This document shows positions 41,101 through 49,700 of a stretch of DNA of 64,000 nt, piece after piece. Under the pieces are notes generated by a model. The model had not been told where the DNA came from, searched no databases, and saw only the letters and a program-made list of their open reading frames with translations. The position numbers were made by a program, and so were the translations under genes. Within the stretch, counting starts at the first letter, position 1; each line of letters starts with the position of its first letter. The DNA lies in contig NC_087245.1 in assembly GCF_037042905.1 (NCBI RefSeq), positions 34,660,001 through 34,724,000 of the forward strand. Reading direction: 5' to 3'. Source of the stretch: Lytechinus pictus. Its lineage: Eukaryota.

Positions 41101-43721
41101 ACTGTACTATGTTGCAAAGCACACTCCCATCAAAAGACAATGAATAAAAAAGAATACACCATTCAATGTGTCACCATTATTTCATACTCCATATCTTTCA
41201 TCCTCAAGTAATTTCCCTAAATATGATTCTACATCAATACATATGAATGACTGATTCATGGATTTGACAAACATTGTGAATAACATGATACAAAACAAGA
41301 ATGAAATCTCTTTTTTTTATTGTAAAAAAAAAAACCTTTAATCTGCATTCAAAGTTGATTAAAATGTCAATTAGGGTCAAACCCTGCATCACCACTAATC
41401 CTTATTTTGTATTTAATACAGTAAATTTAACATACCCCTGGGGACCGTTTCATAAAGCTGTTCGTAAGTTAAGAGCGTCTTTAAGAACGACTGGTGATCC
41501 TTTCTTGTGGTAAATGATGGTTCACCATTAGTTCAATTGGTAATTATTTAGCGCGTAAGAAAGGTTCACCAGTCGTTCTGAAAGTCGCTCTTAATTTATG
41601 AGCAGCTTTAATCCTTCATGAAACACCCACCAGCTCCGGAATCCAGTTTGAGAACCTTGAGTAATCCATTCTCCCCACCGCATGCTATATAACCATGTTC
41701 CTGGTTCCAAGAAACACATCGTAGCTTGATGTTATTAGGAATTGCAATCTGTTAAGAAAACATTCAACAGCATTTGTGTTAGTGCCCTCCATAACAAAAC
41801 ACGTCCACCACCCGCACGCGCGCTCTTCTCAACGGAAAGTGCTGATTAGTTGCCAATCTTCTTAATCTTATCTCGGAAGAATGGTCCTATCATAGGTCAT
41901 GTAGGTATCGCTCATATCGTCAACAGACCCCAGGCCAGGGAATTTGAATTTTGTTTGACTCCCAGCACAGCACAGCTCCCCTTAGACTTAGAGGCTTAGT
42001 CTTAGACCAAAAGCTTCGGTCTCTGGTATGTTCCGCTGAACTCCGCTGGCTGATGGCTCCACTAACCAAATACAGTCTTTACAGAGACCTGGGGCCCGTT
42101 TCTCAACACATGGACAAGTTAGTCATATCTTTATCCACCAACCACGGAGTTAGTTCCAATCTTACTAAACATGTTTCTCGAAAGGTTTCCTAACTAGAAT
42201 ACCTTGATATCGATACTATCGGTAGAACGAGCAGACGAGACGTAGCCTTAGTCACAAAATAGCATAATATTAAAAAAGAAAAATTATTACAAAATTGCAA
42301 ATATTGTGATAAATTGGGAAATAAATCTTTTCAAAATAATAGCACAGGTGAATTATGCATCATACATACTTAGACCATGAAGACTTGAGCATTCAATTGC
42401 AGAGAAAATTAAATTATGAATAATTCATTTCATGACTAAAAAATCACTTGTGGACGTTGAGATTGGATACCCCCGGGATATCCAATTTTAATAGTTTACG
42501 AAAGTAAACCATAACGGTTTTCTTTGTAAAATGATGATAATTATGCGGTCTTTTACGATTCCGAACGTCATCAAAATATAGTTTAACGAAACATTTTTAA
42601 CCATTGATACCAAAACATACGATATTTGACAAATTATATGCATAAATTAGAGATTAGAATTTATCCAACTGTTAATAGGGGTCTGAAAACAACAAATACG
42701 AGTTCAGTTATGGATGGCCTGACGTGGTAGAATATTTATCGATTAAATCATTTTACTATTTCAAAATGAATGGTTTTGTGGCGTTTTACCAATAGTTTTT
42801 ATAGTTTCTTTGTATTACAATTATCATTGAATGCATTAACCCACTTGTTTTGTGATGTAATTTCAACCTCTATGATTGATTACGTAAGATTATAATTTTA
42901 AAATTTATATGCGCTTTTGCATGTCATAGTCTACCCACGTGATGCCACTACGTCATTAAGAAAGAAGTTATGACAGGTTCGGAGGTGTCATAAATATTTA
43001 GTGAGGTTGTTGTACCCGATCTTGGTAAAGAGGGCTTCGTGAAACGGTTAGCGGACAAGTAGCTCACTATCTCCGATTTAGTCAAGAAGTTAGACTTATG
43101 ACGGTGTTGAGAAACGGGCCCCAAAGTTCTCACTTCTAGCTCGATCTACAGGGACTCAGCTCAATGGCCAAGGCAATGGGCGCTTGGCCATATGTTTATG
43201 TATTAAGTTCGGATAAAACTTTGCACGACAGCTGAAGTAAGTCACTGTTTTTCCCGGCCCCGTTTAAGTTTATTTTTCCCCGATTTGGTGCATTTCAGGC
43301 CAAAACGGAATAATAATATTTATTTTGGTACAGTTCTCTTTATAAATATAATTATAATATTTTTATTTTATCATTATGAAATAAAGACAAAAATCGAGGA
43401 GCCCGTCATTGCCCGTCGGGGGATTATATTTATATTTATAAAATAGCTGTATTATTTCAAGCATCGCGATTGGTCAATACGCGTCACATGACATCCAACT
43501 TTTTTTGTGCACTGCACGGTAGTGCAAAAGGTGTGCAACGAAAATTGACATTGCACGCTCGAGCAAACCAGTGCGGTAGAAGTCCAACAAAACTGTACTG
43601 TAACTTTTTAAAAAATTGCTCTGTCGTGCGTAAAAGTAAATGCAGAGAAAGCTCGGTTTCTTCAGATGGAGCACACTGGGCACTCGCCGCAAGCGGCTCG
43701 TGCACAGTGCGACTTCACTTC

Positions 43722-43760
<39 letters not shown>

Positions 43761-46700
43761 CTGTGATCCAGTTTCAAATTAAAAACAAAGAAAGGAAAGT
43801 TGAATCTGGATAGTCATTGAAATAATTTCTTGATTGCATGATGGCATCTCTTATGAAGGACAAAGTCAAAGGGAAGTTCAAGTCGACTCCAGTTGTTAAG
43901 AAGAGGAATATTGCAAGTTCTGGTGGTATATCTGATTCCCCAACCCGTGATTCTTCCATACATGTGCTTGATGATCAGGATGTTTCTTCTTCAATACTTA
44001 ATGAAAATGAAGCCACAGAGAGACCAAAGAGATCTAGATCATCAATCCTTGATCAATCACAGAAACCTCCTAGTCAAGCGAAAGGGCAAAGTACCACCAA
44101 ACGGAAGAATAGGAATGTTCCCTTGACCCAGTCCAGCAAAGCAAGCACCAAGTTAATTGACAATACAAAAAAGCCTTCAAGAACCAACATTCATAATTCA
44201 AAGATTGATACTGCCTCTTCAGAATTGAAATGCAGCACATGTACTAAGATTGTTCCTGCTTTGTTGGGATGTGATTATTGTGACCTTTGGAACTGTAGGA
44301 AATGTGCTGGATTACCACAATCTGTGTTCAGTGAAATTGGTGAATGCAGCAGTGTTCACTGGTACTGTGATAACTGTAGGATGAAAGTTGAGCAGGTCCT
44401 TGGAAATTCCAAACTGAAAGGAGAAGAGGTCCTGAAAAATGTGCATGTCAGACATGACCCACATGCACTGCAAATCAATGACCTGAAAAAAATCAACAAT
44501 ACTCTGTTATCCGTTGAAAAGAAGGTGGACGAACTGCAACGTAGCTGCGAGAGCTGGAAAGATTGTAAACCAACTGCCACCCATACAACAGAGGTTCAGG
44601 CCTGTTCTAGACCACTCTACTCAGATGTTGCTGGAAGAAATACGGACCTTAGTCAACGTAGTGTATCTTCAAACAATATTGAGCTTCTCCAAGAGTATGC
44701 TGATAGGGAGAAAAGATGCAACAATCTGATCTTTCATAATCTTCCGGAGAGCAGAAGTCGAGATACTCATGAAAAACGGAGAGAGGACCTTACAACAGTG
44801 CAGTCAATTATCTCTGATGTGCTACAAATCTCAGATATTAAGGTATTAAGAACAATCAGACTGGGGGGAAGAATGCAGGATCAGTCTGTTCGTCCAAGAC
44901 TGCTTTTAGTGGAGACTGAAGGCTCACGAGACTCAGTTTTGACAAAGGCAAGAATCTTACGCAATTCAGAGGTGTGGGGAAAGTTATACATCGATCCTGA
45001 CAGAACTCCTCAGCAGAGACTTCAACATAAGGAACTTCGAGCTGAACTAAAGAAAAGGAGAGAGGATGGAGAGCGAAACCTTGTAATCAGACATGATAAG
45101 ATTGTACCAAGACGAAATACCACCTGGAAACATCAAAACAATCTCTACGACTATGTTGTGGCGGCCTCTAAGTCTGGAGAAACCAATGGAGAAACGACTT
45201 CCAATTCCGAAGGAGTACCAACATGTCCTAGACAGACATCTCACATAGACAGCCAGGAGAATCTGCCTCTTCATGAGGTTCAGGAAACAAACAATGAAAA
45301 TGATTTGAAAGATGTTAGTCCCATTGAGAAGCAGGCTAAACAAGACATTGAGTGTGATCTAAATACCCAAGATAATTGCTCTTCACCAAGTAGTGACAAT
45401 GTCTTACCCTCTGTAATTGATATTTTGCAAGATGTAGAGATTCATTCAGATGACATAAAAGATTATAATGAGGATTCAAGCAGTACTGACACTGAGGAAA
45501 GCAGTGATAGAAATGGGGACAACACTCTACAAGGTGCTTCAAGTAATAGTATCCCAAGCCATGCAGAGGCCCCATCAAGCCTCTGACATCAGGCATCACA
45601 CAATCATGCAGTAAATGTGAGTGGTAAAGGAGGATGTGCAATAGAATTTGAAAATAGGACTCAAAATGAGCTTGACAGTGCAATAAACGTTCATGCTTCA
45701 GAAAAAAACATTTCATTGACTGAAGATGCATCCAGTTGGAATGAGTCAGACGTTTCTAGCTGTGAATCAGAAAATGATACAGACTATTCATCTACATGTA
45801 CTTCAGATGAAGAATGTGAAGCTGATGTATGTCAGACTGGAAAAAGACCCCCCTATAGAAACATTACTAATGACGGGATGAGAGTCCTATATACAAATAG
45901 TGACAGCTTACTTAACAAGTTGGATGAGTTAGCTTTGCTTGCTGATAAATATGAACCAGATGTTATGATTGTTTGTGAAGTGTTACCAAAAAACTGCAAT
46001 GTGAAACCTATTGAGGAAAATTACAAGGTAGACAACTATGTAACCTATACAAACATTGAGAAAAATGGAATACGAGGCATAATGATATATGTACAAGAAG
46101 GGATTGCGTCCACCGTCAATGAAATCTTTTTTGAAACTGATTTTGATGAAAGTGTATGGATACATATGCGTCTTAAAAACAATGACACTCTGACAATTGG
46201 TGGTATATATCGCAGCCCCTCTATAATGCGAGCAAACTCTGGTGCTGATAAAGTATGCCAAATTCTGCATGAAGCTGTAAGCAGCAACCCATCATACTTG
46301 CTTGTTGTAGGAGATTTCAATTACCCCACCATCTGTTGGAACCTTTGGTCCTCCCGTTCTCCTGATGAAAGGAAATTTATTGACTGTCTACGTGATTGTT
46401 TCTTGCACCAGCATATCACAGAAAGCACCCGGAGTAGGGATGGGCAGCATCCTAGCACCCTTGATCTACTGATCACAAACAAGGAGGAAATGATCAGTGA
46501 TTTGACTTATCTCCCAAACCTAGGATTAAGTGACCATGTGTGCTTGCTGTTCACTGTAGATCTTTATGCCAATACTTCAACCAGAAAACAAACAGGATAT
46601 AGGTACCATAGAGGAGACTATGCAGCTATAAACAGAGCCATACTAGATGTTGACTGGGAGGAAGAGCTCGAGGATATGAATGTACATCAAGCATGGGACC

Positions 46701-49700
46701 TCTTCTCATCCAAACTTCAGAAAGAAATAGACAAAAACATTCCTAAGGCAGACTCTAGAATGAGAAGAAAGAAAAAGATATGGATGACAAGAACTGCAAT
46801 GAGACAACACAAACTCAAGTGTAGAGCCTGGAGGTCATACAGAAATAATGGTACCAGGAGAGATTTAGAGAGATCAAAGTGTGAAGCAAAAAAACTTCGG
46901 AAAATGCTCAGAAAACTAAGACGAGACTTTGAGAAAGATGTTACAAGAAACATCAAGACCAACCCAAAAGCATTCTGGAATTATGCCAATAGTTCACTTA
47001 AGTCTCGTAGAAGCTTGGGAGTCTTAAGGAATGAACAAGGTGTTACTGCCAACACTGACAAACAACGTGCTGAGCTCCTCAACAGTTATTTTTGTAGTGT
47101 TTTCACTGAAGAAAACATCAATCATATTCCTGATCTGACGGAAAGACACAATGGAAGTTCTCTGGCTGACATTGACATCACCTTCAGCACTGTGAAGAAT
47201 AAACTCAAAATGTTGAGGAGTTCTAAATCTGGAGGACCAGATGGATTTCATCCAAGAATACTAAAAGAAACTGCTGACACAATATGTACTCCCTTGACTA
47301 TCATCTTCAGAAAATCTGTGAGGGAAGGTGCACTCCCGCAATCATGGAAAGATGCAAACATCACTCCTGTGCATAAGAAGGGAAATCGAAATGCTGTTGA
47401 AAATTATCGCCCAATTAGTCTCACGTCTGTTATCAGCAAGATTCTGGAATCTGTTATTCGAGGCATTGTAATCCAATACTTGTGCGAGAATGATATGCTC
47501 TGTCATGCTCAGCATGGGTTTCTTCCTGGCCGGTCATGTGTAACTCAGTTGTTGGAAGTTATGGAGCTCTGGACATCAGCATTAGACAGTGGACATGAAG
47601 TTGACACAATATATCTAGACTTTCGCAAAGCTTTTGACTCTGTGCCTCATGAACGTCTTTTAAGCAAACTCAAAGCATATGGAATATCTGGCAAGCTAGA
47701 GGACTGGTTCCGTGCTTTTCTGACGGAGCGTAGACAGAGAGTTGTTATCAATGGCCAGATGTCAAAGTGGAGTAGAGTAAAGAGTGGAATACCGCAAGGA
47801 AGTGTCCTCGGGCCAACAGTATTTTTTATTTTTATCAATGACCTGCCAGAGATAGTTACAAGTCTAGTCCGAATATATGCAGATGATACCAAAATCTTCA
47901 GAGAAATTGTAACAAATGCTGATTGTGAAATCCTGCAAGCTGATCTAGATAACCTTATCAAATGGTCTGAAGAATGGCAGCTTCAATTTAACATAGCAAA
48001 ATGCAAATTCTTACATATTGGGAAAAACAGCCTGCATTACAACTACAGCCTTGATGGAACTGCTCTTGAGGAAGTTTCAGAAGAAAGAGATCTGGGCATT
48101 ATCGTGGATTCAGAACTGAAATTCCACACACATGTTGCTTCAGCTGTCATGAAAGCTAGCCGAGTACTTGCAATCATCAAGAGAACCTTCCTCACCAGGG
48201 ATAGGGATACAATTCCAAAACTATTCAAGGGTCTTGTACGACCAATCCTCGAATATGGGAATGCAGTTTGGCACCCAAGACACAAGACAGACATGAAAGA
48301 GATTGAGAAAGTACAAAGAAGAGCAACAAAACTCATACCATCCTTGGCAATGCTTGACTATGGAGACAGACTTCGAGCCCTAAAACTACCATCCCTGCAA
48401 TACAGAATGAGAAGAGGTGACATGATCCAGACTTATAAAATAATGCATGGAATTGACTGGCTTGACAAGGATATGTTCTTCTCGTCAATTACTGTTGAGG
48501 CAACCCGAGGTCACCCATATAAACTCTTCAAGAAAAGAAATAGACTGGATGTAAGAGCAAATGCCTTCGGAGCCAGAATAGTGTGTGACTGGAACTCGCT
48601 ACCAAATGAGGTTGTCTCTGCTCCATCTGTAAATTCCTTCAAAGCCAGGCTTGATAAGTTCTGGAATAAAGAATGGTACAGTCACCCTTGGGAATGATTT
48701 GATTTGATTTGACAAAAATGATTGCAAATGCACCATGTACACTGGACACTGTCACACATATTATACATGTGGAAGAAGATTAAACTTGGACGAAAGCTAG
48801 ACCTGGAAACTTGGCTGCAGCTTTCTGCATTTTTCCAGTACATCCGGTAATAAGGTAATAATAAAAAAAATAAAGAAACCTCGCGTGCTCTGCATGTCCA
48901 CTAACGCACTCGGCTGCATGCATTATTTGTATAATATATTGTCCCCCTAATTAATGGTGGCTGCACCATAGCGAGTCGTCTGTGTACGACTCTACGAGGA
49001 GAAAAAAAAAAAAAAAAAATGTTTAAAAACTCCTCGAAACAGACGGCTGCCAGCTGTCTACTCTACCGACTAACGTTACTTAGTTAGGTAGGGCTAGCCT
49101 GGAGGCGTCTGGGGAGTGAAAGTAATATACTGTACGTATGGTCACTCCCCTAACGCCTGGGAGCCTAAGCTATATTCCCACACGCACGGGTACAAAACCT
49201 GAAACTTTCGCCCCCGAGATTTCTACTTTCCCTCTAAAAGATCTAGCCCTAAAACATGTACATGGAGTTAAACTTCATTCCCAACATTTCTGCGATATTG
49301 ATTACATTTTTAAAGAAGAATTCATGAAAAAAAACGAGAAAAATGTTATGAAAAGATGAGAGAGCTTACGGCCGTGTTTACGTCGCCATTTTGATTTCTT
49401 TGTCTTCCGCATCGCGACAGCACGCAATCAAACGCGATTGCGTGCTGTCGCGAAGCGGAAGACAAAGAAATCAAAATGGCGACGTAAACACGGCCGTAAG
49501 CTCTCTCATCTTTTCATAACATTTTTCTCGTTTTTTTTCATGAATTCTTCTTTAAAAATGTAATCAATATCGCAGAAATGTTGGGAATGAAGTTTAACTC
49601 CATGTACATGTTTTAGGGCTAGATCTTTTAGAGGGAAAGTAGAAATCTCGGGGGCGAAAGTTTCAGGTTTTGTACCCGTGCGTGTGGGAATATAGCTTAG

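Larger units (their letters stand above)
43724..48862 (+). mobile_element. Apparently full-length CR1-group non-LTR retrotransposon, antisense in WDR35 intron 1
   Basis: Two uninterrupted ORFs; 3' UTR stem-loop CTGGAAA...TTTCCAG (~48804-48838); tail (GGTAATAA)2; 5' boundary uncertain (T37 run). Confidence 0.93.

Noticed and set aside
48698..48860. SECIS element recoding the LINE UGA as selenocysteine
   Set aside because: The hairpin lacks an evident AUGA/GA quartet and fits the usual LINE 3' recognition stem-loop.
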